Source of the DNA: Eledone cirrhosa
Lineage: Eukaryota
DNA length: 64,000 nucleotides
NCBI GenBank assembly: GCA_964016885.1
Contig: OZ024747.1
Location: 53,630,001-53,694,000 of the forward strand
Direction of reading: 5' to 3'
Each line of letters begins with the position of its first letter. The first letter of the stretch is position 1. Below are positions 12,628-25,077 of this stretch, one piece after another. The notes under the pieces were generated by a model. The model did not search any database. It was given only the letters and a program-made list of their open reading frames with translations, and had not been told where the DNA came from. A program made the translations under genes and the position numbers.

Positions 12628-13504
12628 CAGGGTGTATAATATATATTTATTTGCAAGATCACTGTCTAGGAGAAAGTAACACAGTTGTTTTATTTTTAAG
12701 ATATATTTATCAAACTTGGGTCAGTTTGTCTTCATGACGTGTTCTTTCGATCTCACTCGATAAACCCGCCATCGGCTTTGATGACGGCCTCAAGGCGGCC
12801 TCGGAACCGGCTACAGGCCTTCGTCACTGTCCCCCGACTTAGGCCCCTAAAGGTACATGTGATCCTGGCCTTCAGATCGTCTTTCGTATTGCAGCTAGAT
12901 CTGTTGGTGTCTAATTCCACTGTGCCCCACACAAAGAAGTCGAGGGGGTTGCAGTCAGGCGAGCTGGGAGGCCAGATGTCAGGTGAAGTGTGGTTGACGA
13001 AGTTCTCTGACAGCCAGGATTGGGTCTTTCGGCTGGTATGGCAGGGCGCTGAGTCTTGCTGCCACACGTACGGCCTACCTGCAGCTACCTGGTCGATCCA
13101 GGGCTTTACTACCTCACTTATAACGTGGATGTAGCCATCGGTGTTCAGCTTGAGGCCCTCAGGGAAGAAGTGAGGTGGCATGATGTCACCTTGACTGCTG
13201 ACGACACTTAAGACCAATGTTGTCGCTGGAAACTTTGTCTGCATGACTCTGGGCACGTCTTTGGATGAGACAGCGAGCCACTTGTTGTTCTGGGAGTTGA
13301 TCTTCCGGTCCTTATTTGTCCTCCCGGCGCGGATTCCAAGAAGAACTCTGTGTCTCTTCCACAAATTTGGAGGTTCAAAATTATTCATAATCAATTATTC
13401 TGAAAATAAATAATGGCAATATAGTCACTGTTTTTATGAAGACAAGAGTGACAACGGAAGTAAAAAAATTTGCATAAAATTAGGAGTTGAAAATTGCGAA
13501 CAAA
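12628..13504 (-). mobile_element. Tc1/mariner superfamily DD37D (maT-type) transposon, internally deleted
   Basis: TA|CAGGGTG terminus. The ORF 12753-13394 has QQD-x37-D (WPPSSPDCNPLD). Most of the DNA-binding region and the first catalytic Asp are absent, and the other end abuts an RTE fragment. Confidence 0.85.
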
Positions 13505-13852
13505 GTCAGTAGGCACCTCTAACAAAATACACCCCCGTCCCACTACCCCCACCCCATCTACACCACCCCTTTCAATGTAAAGTTATGTTGGTACCACAAC
13601 ATCCAGGCCGAAACAAATGAGGTTGTGTAGGTGTCATGAGAAAAAAACACACAGTCCACGCTGCAATGTGGCCGTGTAGGTAACACGGTAAAAACCTCCC
13701 AGTTCCACACTGTAAATGTGGTTGGTGTTAGGAAGGGCATCCAGCCGTAGAAAACCCGCCAGACAGCTCTATGCGAGCAAGACAACCACTCTTGCCTCAA
13801 GTGGGAAAACTCCCGTCCAAACCCATGCAAGCGTGGAATAAGGACGTTAAAC

Positions 13853-13882
<30 letters not shown>
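13505..13882 (+). mobile_element. RTE subfamily B 3' UTR only
   Basis: Near-identical to 31638-32028, with a (GAT)n tail. Confidence 0.9.
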
Positions 13883-13883
<1 letters not shown>

Positions 13884-14305
13884 GTAGTTGACGATATATT
13901 TAATCGATTTCCACGTGCTATTGAAATGCTGGGTAAATATTATATAGCTGTTGATCGTGAATAGATGGCTGTCATTTATTTATTTATTATTTATTCATAG
14001 CTGCCTTTCAATCTTATAGCGTGGTTTAATTGTTTTATTGTGTGCTTGATTATGCTAATTGAGAGAGGAAATGGAGTATATATCTTATCAAATGATTCTA
14101 TGGACATAATTTATAGTATATATATATATATACATATATATATAAATGCATATATATATATATACAAATAAATATATATATGTATATATACTCATAAATA
14201 TATATAAATATATATATACGCATAAATATATATAAATATATATATATACACATAAATATATACAAAATATATATATACACATAAATATATATAATTATAT
14301 ATATC

Positions 14306-15978
14306 AACATCACCATTTTACGTCCGTTCTTCCACGCTAGCATGGGTTAGACGGGTTGTCCTGTTGTGGGCAGTGTCTGGTTGGCTGACCATGCCTTGCT
14401 CATACAGGAACTGATTTGGCTTGATTTCTACAGCTGGATGCCCTTCCTAACACCAACCTCATTTACAGTGAGTGCTGGGTGCTTTTTCGTGGTGCCTACA
14501 CGTCCCCTTTACAGGGTGGGCTGGGTGCTTTTTTGCCGTGGCACCTCCACGACCACCTTGCAGTGGGGGGGGGGGGGGCATATTGTCTACATGCTTCAGC
14601 TTGTACCCATGGGAGGTCGGGTACTCTGTATTACTGCGTGACGTCAGAGGTCACGGTCGTGTGTCATCGACTTGGAGAGGTGTAATTGAGTAAGGTCGGC
14701 TTTTATCACCTCATCCCACGTCATCTTGGGTCTCCCCACTCCGCGGTTTCCATCGACTTCTAGTGCTCTGCACCTTTTTAATCAGCTGTCATCCTTCATA
14801 TGCATCACATGTCCATACCAACGCAACCGCCTCTCCTGCACACAGCATTTGATTCCTCTTATGCTCAGTCTCTCTCTCAATTCATTTATGCTTTGTCGGT
14901 CGCGTATATTACTATTACACAGCCATCGGAGCATGCAAGCTTCATTTCTCTCTAATCTACGTAAGTCTTCCACCTTCAGCGCCCAGGTCTCACTACCATG
15001 TAACATTGCTGTTCAGATACATGCATCATACAGTCTGCCTTTCATTTTGAGGGAGAAGCCTTTTGCAGCTAGCAGTGGCAGTAGTTCCCTGAACTTCTTC
15101 CATCCCGTTCTTACCCTAGTTATTGTACTTTCTGAACACCCACCTCCGCTGCTAATAGGTAGCAGAAGCTGTCTACTGTCTCTACAGAGCCCTCCCAGAG
15201 ATTGGTGGTACTTGTTTCCTGTGGCTGTTTGCTGCTTGCTGTCCCAGTACAGCTGCTGCATGTGAAGCCTACATTCTTAATTAAGCTTCCTGAGATCCCG
15301 CTACATCTCTTGTGTACCCATTGTTTGCATTTGGGGCAGAGAATGGAGTTCCTACCTACACCTTTCCTACATACTGAGCAAGGCCATTTCCCTGAGAGGA
15401 TCTGGGTTCTGTTTTCTCGTCTACTTACAAGGACCTTAGTCTTTGTCATGTTGACTTTGAGACCCTTTCTTTCTAGTCCCTGCTTCCAAATTTGGAATTT
15501 CTTCTCTAGTTCTACCATAGATTCAGCTATAAGTGCAAGGTCATCAGCATACAGGAGTTCCCATGGGCATCCGGTCTTAAACTCCTCCATTATTGCCTGC
15601 AGGACTATGATGAACAGGAGAGGGCTAAGAACAGAGCTCTGGTGGATACCAACCTGTATGCTAAATTCCTCGCTATACTCATTGCTAATCCTATCTTTGC
15701 TGACTGCTCCCCTATACATGACTTGTACAGCTTTCACAAGCCATTCATCTACTCCTAGTTTTCTAAGAGCCCACCAGATTACAGCACGTGGAACTCTGTC
15801 AAAGGCTTTCTCAAGATTGACGAATGCCAGGTAGAGTGGCTTACTTTTAGCTAGTTACTTTTCCTGTAACTGCCTCACAATGAAGAGGGCATTAGTGGTG
15901 CCTCTTCCTGGTACAAACCCAAATTGCATCTCATCTAGTTTCACCCGGTCCTTAATCAACTGTGCTATAATTCTTTCT
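14306..15978 (-). mobile_element. RTE subfamily A, 5'-truncated, with stops and small deletion
   Basis: Reverse complement of ~8888-10560. LYADD and the C4HC3 finger are present. Confidence 0.93.
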
Positions 15979-16132
15979 ATATATACATACATAAATATAC
16001 ATAAATGTATATATACATAAATATGTATATATACATAAATGTATATAAATATATATATATACATAAATATATATATATATATACATAAATATGTATATAT
16101 ATGTATATATAAATATGTATATATATATACAC

Positions 16133-16169
<37 letters not shown>

Positions 16170-16230
16170 AATATATATATCTATACACAAATATATATAC
16201 ACATAAATATTTATATATATATACACATAA

Positions 16231-16544
16231 ATCATCATCATCATCATCATCACCGTTTTACGTCCGTTCTTCCACGCTAGCATGGGTTAGACGGGTTGTC
16301 CTGTTGTGGGCAGTGTCTGGTCGGCTGACCATGCCTTGCTCATACAGGAACTGATCTGGCTTGATTTCTACAGCTGGATGCCCTTCCTAACACCAACCTC
16401 ATTTACAGTGTGGGCTGGGTGCTTTTTTGCCGTGGCACCTCCACGACCACCTTGCAGTGGGGGGAGTGGGGGCATATTGTTTATATGCTTCAGCATGTAC
16501 CCATGGGAGGTCGGGTACCCTGTATTACTGCGTGACGCCAGAAA
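16231..16544 (-). mobile_element. RTE subfamily A 3' end fragment
   Basis: Reverse complement of ~10221-10565 with one 3' UTR module missing. Confidence 0.9.
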
Positions 16545-16582
16545 TTCATAAATATATATATATTATACATGAATATATATAT

Positions 16583-16958
16583 GCACATGGCTTAGTGGTT
16601 AGAGCATTGACCTTGCAATCGAAAGGTTGTGAGTTCAATTCTCAGACCGGGTGATGTGTTGTTTCCTTGAGCAAGACACTTTATTTCACCAGTTTACTCA
16701 GCTGTAGAAATGAGATGATAGGGACTTGGGTCCATATCATTCCACTTCAAAATGGTCGTGGAGGTGCCACGTCAAAAAAGCACCCAGCCCACAGTGTAAA
16801 GTGTACGTGTAGGCACCATGAAAAAAAAACACCCAGCGCTCACTGTAGATGAGGTTGGTGTTAGGAAGGGCATCCAGCTGTAGAAATCAAGCCAGAATCA
16901 GTTCCCGTCCCACCCTTGCAAGCAGGGAAAAGCAGACGTAAAATGATGATGATGATGA
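16583..16958 (+). mobile_element. tRNA-derived CORE-like SINE with RTE-type 3' tail
   Basis: A box TGGCTTAGTGG, B box GAGTTCAATTC, central CCTTGAGCAAGACACTT..CTCAGCTGTAGAAATG. The 3' half is shared with the RTE-A 3' UTR. Confidence 0.85.
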
Positions 16959-16959
16959 T

Positions 16960-16998
<39 letters not shown>

Positions 16999-17045
16999 CA
17001 CACACATAAATATATATATACATGTATATATACATGTATATATAT

Positions 17046-17079
<34 letters not shown>

Positions 17080-17688
17080 GGGTGTGTGTGTATACATATA
17101 TATATATATATATATATGAATGTTTATATGTATGTGGGTGTAAATATATGTCTGTGTATGTTAATATGTACACTCAATTACTTCCTCGCACACATGTTTC
17201 ACAATATACAAGTATATGCACCCAATCCACGTTATATATTCCATTGCTTCTACACTCCTTGCTTCAACCAATCTCTTCTTAAAGACTTTAACACCTTTAA
17301 AACATGATAAATAAAATCCCCTACAAATCTTCTCAATTACCAAAATAATACCCTAACTGTTGTCTAGAATTAATTCCTTAATTCTTGTTCTTGAAATAAT
17401 TCCTTCATTTTTCTTATGTAAGATTTCTCTTTAATTCTCAACTTATACTCTTCCTATTTCCCCCATTGTATGTATGTATATATGTATATATATATGCTTG
17501 TATGTATGTGTGTATGTATGTGTGTGTATGTATGTGTGTGTGTATATGTATGTACCCACAGAAGAAACATATATATTAATATATATGTTTATTTTTTGTA
17601 TTATACAAATGTAATATATTATACAATCCATTACATACATATATACTAATATACATATATGCATACATACTAATATACATACATGCAT

Positions 17689-17721
<33 letters not shown>

Positions 17722-17824
17722 GATGCATATACATATATATATGCATATGCATATACATATATATATATATGCATATACATACATATACATACATATACAT
17801 ATATATATATATACATATATATAT

Positions 17825-17863
<39 letters not shown>

Positions 17864-17922
17864 CATATATATACATATACATACCCACACACATATATAT
17901 ACATATACATATATATACACAT

Positions 17923-17999
<77 letters not shown>

Positions 18000-18419
18000 A
18001 AAAGAGCCATGTATAAGTATTTTATTATAATTAACTTGTAACTGCTAGCATTACCATTGGTTAGAGCCTTCCTAAGAACATTTTTCAAATGCTTGGAAAT
18101 CACAAATCCTTTGCTTACTTTAGACAATTACCACCTCACACATGCAACAACATCTTTTATATTGTCAGAAAATAAAATTGAAAGAAAGGAAGAAAGAAAG
18201 AATGCAAAGAAAGAAAAGAAAATTAAAATATAAAGACTGAAACCAAAATGAGAACTCATTTCATCCCATAAGACAACTCTAGTTGAAGAAGATTCTAGAA
18301 ATGTGAAGCAAGACACCCTAAATCTTAAACCATTAATCATATAACATTAAAAATAATGATTTCTACATCAGAAACAAGGTCAACAATTTTGAAGAGAAGA
18401 GATGGGGGAGTTGAATAAA

Positions 18420-18845
18420 TAGACCCCAGTGCATTACTGTAAAGATGAATGGTGAAGCTAAACTCAGCAGGAGTTGAACTCCGAGCATAAAGGGCCATAA
18501 CTCCATCCCTAGTCGTTTATTTTATCAACCTTGGAAGGGTTAACACCAGCAGGATTTCACTTCAATGTGAAGTGATGTACAAAGCATTTTGTCTGACACT
18601 AGCAATTCCATTAATCTACTGTTATAACAATAATTGTTGCTACAAGAGAGGCAATTTGAAGGGAAAGGGGGGGGGGGCATCGACTTAATTGACCCCAATG
18701 TATTACTGTTATTGCTGCTATATTTTATTGATCCTTAAGGATGAAAGCCAAAGCTAACCTTGGTATGATTTGATCTCTGAATATAAAAGGCTATAACTAT
18801 AGGGAACAAAGTATTTTGTCCTGTGCCCTACTGATACTGCCACTC
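18420..18845 (-). mobile_element. Three degraded copies of the Meta/Sauria-domain-like SINE
   Basis: Degenerate TTTTAT..A.C....AAGGATGAAAG.CAAAG motifs. Confidence 0.55.
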
Positions 18846-18896
18846 CACTGTCATGATGATGATGATGATGATGATGTATACACATATACACACACA

Positions 18897-18947
<51 letters not shown>

Positions 18948-18960
18948 AACACAAACACCC

Positions 18961-19025
<65 letters not shown>

Positions 19026-19071
19026 ACCTACTCGTTCCTATATATATATATATACACAAACACAAACACCC

Positions 19072-19102
<31 letters not shown>

Positions 19103-19107
<5 letters not shown>

Positions 19108-19295
19108 AACGAGTAGGACCCCGACGGCTGAGCTCAAGCCATTTCGACAGCTAATTCTGAGTCCAGAATTAGCCGTCGAAACGGCTTGAGCTCTGCCGTC
19201 GGGGTCCTACTCGTTCCTATTACCCACTCTACTACCCTAAGTATTGAGTACTTTGGTGTGTTATGGTCCATCTGGTTCCTTACCACATTTCCTTC

Positions 19296-19300
<5 letters not shown>
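19103..19300 (+). mobile_element. Second fold-back plus tail element, Penelope pseudo-LTR-like
   Basis: Inverted arms 19103-19159 and 19164-19220, tail 19221-19300. Same family as 4866-5087, with (TA)n flanks. Confidence 0.7.
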
Positions 19301-19350
<50 letters not shown>

Positions 19351-20435
19351 GGGGGGGGAGAAAGACAAGACCAGCATCGAATTTCTGGGAGTTAGATGGA
19401 AAGCTTCTAATCTAGTTTAGAAGAAGCAGATGATACTACTCATAGATAGTAAAGTTGATTATCATAATTTAGTTTCCATCTCTCACAATTTTTTCCACAT
19501 AAATTCACTTCTACCCTCCTACCACCCCTGATAGCGAATATATGAGTATCTATATGTAAATATATGAGTGTCTCTGTGTGTGTGTGTGTATGTTTATAAT
19601 TCTCTGCATTGAGGATTAATTTTTTTTATATGTACGTAATATAAATGTGTGGTTGTAGATGTTGCTATGTAAAATATATCCAGATATGTACACATAAATG
19701 AATTATATGGAGTATCTTCAGTGCAAAGAAAGGGAAGATCACAAATCATGGTAGTACTAAATGTATGGTGAAATGAGTATAGTGAAGATGTAAAATCCAG
19801 ACCATGAATCGTAGTTTCAGCTTGTTAACTCAGGCTGTTCATTAACTCTGAGATGGTTCGTCATAACAATAGCAGCAAATTGACGGGCTTTTCTCTGAAT
19901 CAAGTCTATCTTCTGTTTATGTTTGCTGTAATACTGTTATTGATTACATAAATTTTGCAATCTACACCTGATGACATTGCCAAAGTCTTACAACATGATC
20001 TGATGCTGTAAACAGACCATAGAAATAAGTATTGTAATTTTGAAACATTCAAATAATATTTCGAGTCTGACTTTCTGTTGTCTTTTAAATAAATATTTAA
20101 CTCCATCCCTGCACCAATCAAGAGATACTACGACAATGATGAATGATTTGCATAACGTTGAGTGCTTAAATTTATTACATCATTATTTGCTAATAGGAAT
20201 GACCAGATCTACACATTAGTAAGCCATACAAAATAAATAGTATATGTGGTAATGAAAGGATTCATGTGGGTTCTGTGTTAGGATATAGGTGGAGAGGATC
20301 ATCTACTATTGATATAATACCATATTTACAGGCTGTCCCCAAATCGAATTTTCTATTTTCTATCTTCTATTTTTTCTATCTCCTATCCTCTATTCTATGT
20401 TTGGGTTCAACATAATCCTGTTACATAATTCTGGA

Positions 20436-20515
20436 AATAACACCTGATGAGATCGCCTAGTCTTACATCATAATTGGATGATGGAGCTGGGCCATCGAAA
20501 TATGTATAATGCTTT
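20436..20515 (+). ncRNA. Degenerate minimal hammerhead ribozyme motif
   Basis: CTGATGA (20444-20450), long stem II (GATCGCCTAG/CTGGGCCATC and CATCAT/ATGATG), then GAAA-T-ATGT-A-TA. Stem I pairs poorly. Confidence 0.45.
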
Positions 20516-20579
20516 CATAGGATTAATATTCTAAAGTAAATTTTCCAGTCCTGCCTTCTGTTGTTTTAATATATATATA

Positions 20580-20729
20580 CTAGCAGAATGGGCCGGCGTT
20601 GCCCAAGATTTGCTCTAGGATTCTTATATATTTGATATATATTTATCCTTATCGAGTCTCATGAAATAAATACGTTTGTTTATATTTTGTTATTGTGTAT
20701 GCAAAAATATCTGTACACGAATATATAAT

Positions 20730-20782
<53 letters not shown>

Positions 20783-20910
20783 TAACAGATTAAAGTTTAA
20801 GCAAAGAATCGTTGCTTTTACCCTTAACGGGATCTTCTGAAACTAAAAAATATCAATCTGTGAACGCAGAAGTAAATATATTGAAAAACGTTACACACTA
20901 TATATATACA

Positions 20911-20967
<57 letters not shown>

Positions 20968-21288
20968 CACACACACTATATATACATATATACATACACA
21001 CACAGGTAGCGTCATAATGTTGTAATGCAGACAGCCAGACATACAGACAGATATTATAAGGGCGCGACGTTATATCTATGTATCTATCTAAAAAGAAAGA
21101 CTAAGGATTATAGAGAGAGATCGCTAAATCGCCTAATGCGGTCTCTAGGGCATTGAAAATTTGAAATATTTTTTCTCAAAACATTCACAGGACCATAAGT
21201 ATTACATGTGTAAAGTTTGAAAACAATCAGTTGGGTGGTTCTTGAGTTTTAGGGAGTCAGACAGACAGACATACTCTGTTTTAGATAT

Positions 21289-21290
<2 letters not shown>
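20580..21290 (-). mobile_element. Non-autonomous Helitron-like element
   Basis: Minus-strand 3' end with a GC-rich hairpin remnant and CTAG|T. The 5' region (TCCCTAAAACTC.AGAA..ACCCAAC.GATT..TCAAACTTTACA) is homologous to 28565-29236. Confidence 0.7.
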
Positions 21291-21320
<30 letters not shown>

Positions 21321-21321
<1 letters not shown>

Positions 21322-22974
21322 TTTCAGCAATGATATAGTATGCAATTTGGTATTAGTAAGTGTGGAGTCCTAGTGATGAAGAGGGGTAAATTGAGCAGAA
21401 GCAACGGAATCCAGGTACCAACAGGTGAGATGATAAAGGAAATTGACACTGAAGAAGGATACAAATATTTAGGTGTTCTGGAGGCAGATGACATCAAGAA
21501 CAAAAAAATGAAGGAATTGATAAGATCTGAGTACATTCGGAGAGTAAGGAGCGTATTAAAGTCACATCTGAACAGTAGGAATGCCATAGGTTCAGTAAAT
21601 TCCCGAGCTGTGTCTATTATTAGGTACAGTGCGGGAATTCTGAGAAGGAATGTTGCTGAACAAAAAGAAATGGATAGGAAGACTAGGAAGCTATTGACTA
21701 TCTACAACATGTTTTACAAGAGGAGTGATGTCGATAGACTCTACTTAAGGAGATCTAAAGGTGGAAGAGGTCTTATCAGCATAGAGGACTGTGTTGAGAT
21801 GGAGAAAAACAATCTGCACAAATACGTGACTGATAGTAAGGAACCAATGCTCAGAATTGTACTGAAGAAGAGGTCGATAGACCAGAGGATGACCAAGGAG
21901 GAAATAACTGTTTCTACTTTTGGCACAAGGCCAGCAATTATCCCAGTGCATTACTGGTACTTTATTTTATCGACTCCGTAAGGATGAAAGACAAAGTTAA
22001 CCTAGGCGGGATTTGAACTCAGAATGGCAAGGGCCGTAACTCTATGCATCAAAGCATGGCGTCCAACCCTCTACCGATACTGCCAATAGGAGGAAATAAC
22101 AACAAGGAGGAAGAGCAACCTTCATGAAAAGTCCCTTCATAGTACCTTCTTTGAGAAAACTGAATTTAGAGATCCACAGACATGGAACTGGTTGAAAAGA
22201 GGAAACCTTAAAAAGGCTACAGAAGGAATGCTAATGGCTGTGCAAGATGAGGCCCTCAAAACGAAGTGGCTGAAACACCATATTTACAAGGAGGAGGCTA
22301 GCCCACTGTATAGGATCTGTGGAGAGAAAGAGGAGACTGTGGCTCACATTGTATCCGAGTGTCAACACCTAGCCCAGAATCACTATAAAGGCTGGAGACA
22401 TGGTGTGATGGGCAGGGTGATCCACTGGCATCTATGTAAAGTAAACAATTTACCACATTCTGAGAAGTAGTATAAGCATAAGCCGGAGTCGGTGATAGAA
22501 AAAGATCAGGTGAAGGTGCTGTGGGATTTTAGGATACAGACGGACAAGAAACTGGAACACAATAGACCTGACCTGGTGGTTTTGGACAAGGAAAAAAGAT
22601 TGTGCCTGATTGTAGATGTAGCCTGCCCATTCGACACGTGAGTGCAAGAGAAGGAGAGGGAGAAAATTAACTGATACCAGGACTTAAAGTGGGAGGTAAA
22701 AAGGATTTGGAACTGCCATGAAGTCAAAGTGGTCCCGATTGTCATAGGCGTACTAGGTACTATCTCAAAGAGTTTCCAAGGATGGTTAAAGAAAATTAGT
22801 CCAGCCCTGCTTTTTGGAACACTTCAAAAGGCATGTTTGCTGGGAACAGCAAGAACCCTCCGATACGTCCTGAATAACTGAGGCTGCAGGTAGTGGCTTG
22901 ATATTCATTTCAACAAACTTTCCAGTTAAATAACATCAATTACTGAGACTCAAAGAACAATAATAATAATAATC
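21321..22974 (+). mobile_element. R4/Dong-clade non-LTR retrotransposon, 5'-truncated and decayed (end of RT, zinc knuckle, restriction-like endonuclease)
   Basis: Peptides YKYLGV, RLYL.RSKGGRGL, RICGEKEETVAHIVSEC, WRH, LWDF.IQTD..HNRPDLVV..D.ACP and VPIVIG.LG. (TAA)n on both sides. Confidence 0.9.
21909..22087 (-). mobile_element. Meta/Sauria-domain-like tRNA SINE nested in the Dong element
   Basis: 13-bp TSD AGGAGGAAATAAC at 21896-21908 and 22088-22100. Confidence 0.92.
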
Positions 22975-23138
22975 ATCGTTTAACTTCCATTTTCCACTCT
23001 AGTATGGATAGGATGAGCTGTCCCTTTGTGAGAGATCTGGTTGGAGGACAGTATTTTGCTCATGCAGGGCTCATTTTGGCATGATTTCTACGGCTGGATG
23101 CGCATCCATAGAAACCAAGCAAATATATATGTATATGT

Positions 23139-23530
23139 GGCACATGGCTTAGTGGTTAGAGCATTGGCCTTGCAATCGAAAGTTTGTGAATTCAATTCTC
23201 AGACCGGGTGATGTGTTGTTTCCTTGAGCAAGACACTTTATTTCACATTGCTCCAGTTTACTCAGCTGTAGAAATGAGATGATAGGGACTGGGGTCCCTA
23301 TCATTCCACTGCAAAGTGGTCGTGGAGGTGCCACGGCAAAAAAAGCACCCAGCCCACACTGTAACGTGGCCGTGTAGGCGCCACAGAAAAAAAAGCACCC
23401 AGCACTCACTGTAAATCAAGTTGGTGTTAGGAAGGGCATCCAGCTGTAGAAATTAAGCCAGAATCAGTTCCCGTCCCACCCTCACAAGCAGGGAAAAGCG
23501 GACGTAAAATGATGATGATGATGATGATGA
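23139..23530 (+). mobile_element. CORE-like SINE with RTE-type tail
   Basis: Same family as 16583-16958. Confidence 0.88.
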
Positions 23531-24099
23531 TACACATATAACCATCTTTCTCAATACAGAATCATGTATAAAATCTTGCTTATCTTCCAAATGTATCCAT
23601 GTCTTCTATTTCAATGAAATTTCAAGAATTGTCTCTGAATCTTCAAACCATTCCACCCACACCATTTCTCACATATCCTCCAAATTTCATCTCAATATCA
23701 TAATAGTTTTTTTTTTATTTAATTAGATATTTCATATTTGTTTTATTTATGTATGTGTGTATGTTGGGTTGTGGCAGGTGGGAGGAGAGTCTTCCTAGCC
23801 TTAACACACTGTGTAGTCTGGTGTGTGCATTGTTATTAGTAAGTATATATATATAGGCATATATTTATGAGAATATGTGTTTATATAACTATGTATATGT
23901 GTATATGTGTCTATGTGTTTATATATATATATATATATATGTCGAAATGTATGCATGTGCATATGTGTATATATATATATATGGAATGACTCTCTTTATA
24001 TATATATGGTGTTGTGTTGTCTTTAATACAATACAATATCACACTTTTGAATATCAATGATAAGGATCTGAAGGACATTTTTACATTTCACCGGCTGTA

Positions 24100-24136
<37 letters not shown>

Positions 24137-25077
24137 GAAGATGGTGATGATGATGATGATATGTACATGTGTGTGTACACGATATGTATATGTGTGGACA
24201 CACATATAGGCAAGTGTGCAGATTTGGGTTCTTAAATTTATCTATCTATGTCTCTCTCTCTCTCTATATATATATATACATATGATATAAGAGTCATTTT
24301 TTTTTCTTCACATTCGTCTCCCCCCCCCCCCCCCCCCCCACCCCTAGGAAATTGTACCTAAAATAAAACTCAGAGAAAGATAAACCAGAGATGATATAAT
24401 AGATTAAAGTAATACTAATAATATTAATATATATATATAAAGTTTTTTTGTCATTGCTCAATTTTTTCTTCATCATCGTTTGGGGTGTTAATTTAATCAA
24501 CCTACATTTTTCAATTCTATACACCAGAGTGAGCTAGCTAGCTTTCTAAGGAGGATATTTAATTTTATACATCTCACCATCCTCTGTATTTCAGACAAGG
24601 GAAGTAGTGATGCAATGTTCTGTCATTTTTGTAGAAAAAATAAAGATAATTTTTTTTCTGTAAAATCTTTTATGTGGATTTCTGATTATTTCTTCTTAAG
24701 TTCTGTATATTTTTTGGTTTTGTATTATATGTGTTTGTGTGCAAGTATGTGTAGGTGTCGTCCCTGTTGTTGTTTCACTCTCATATGGTCTTCATATATA
24801 TATTTGTAGTAATTCTTTCTTCATTTTATTTATCCTATCTCTCAATTTATTGTCTTACCTATCTGTCTGTCTATCTATTTATTTATCTATCTATCTATAT
24901 GTCTGTCTATATATCTACCTATCTATCTACCTATCTGCCTATCTATCTATCTAGTCATCCATCTATCTAAACTGATATCTGATATGGCTCTGTGTATTCT
25001 GAGTCCAAATTTCGCCTCTTCCTGCAAGTAAATATCGCCTCTTCCAGCCAATATCTATCCATCTATCTATCTATCTA

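Noticed and set aside
16583-16650. tRNA-like sequence (also at the other SINE heads)
   Set aside because: A and B boxes are present, but there is no complete cloverleaf and it continues into a SINE body.
17165-17465. Possible LINE C-terminal remnant on the minus strand
   Set aside because: The similarity is too weak to assign by eye.
19965-20010. CTGATGA motif (also at ~52974)
   Set aside because: No correctly placed GAAA or closing stems.
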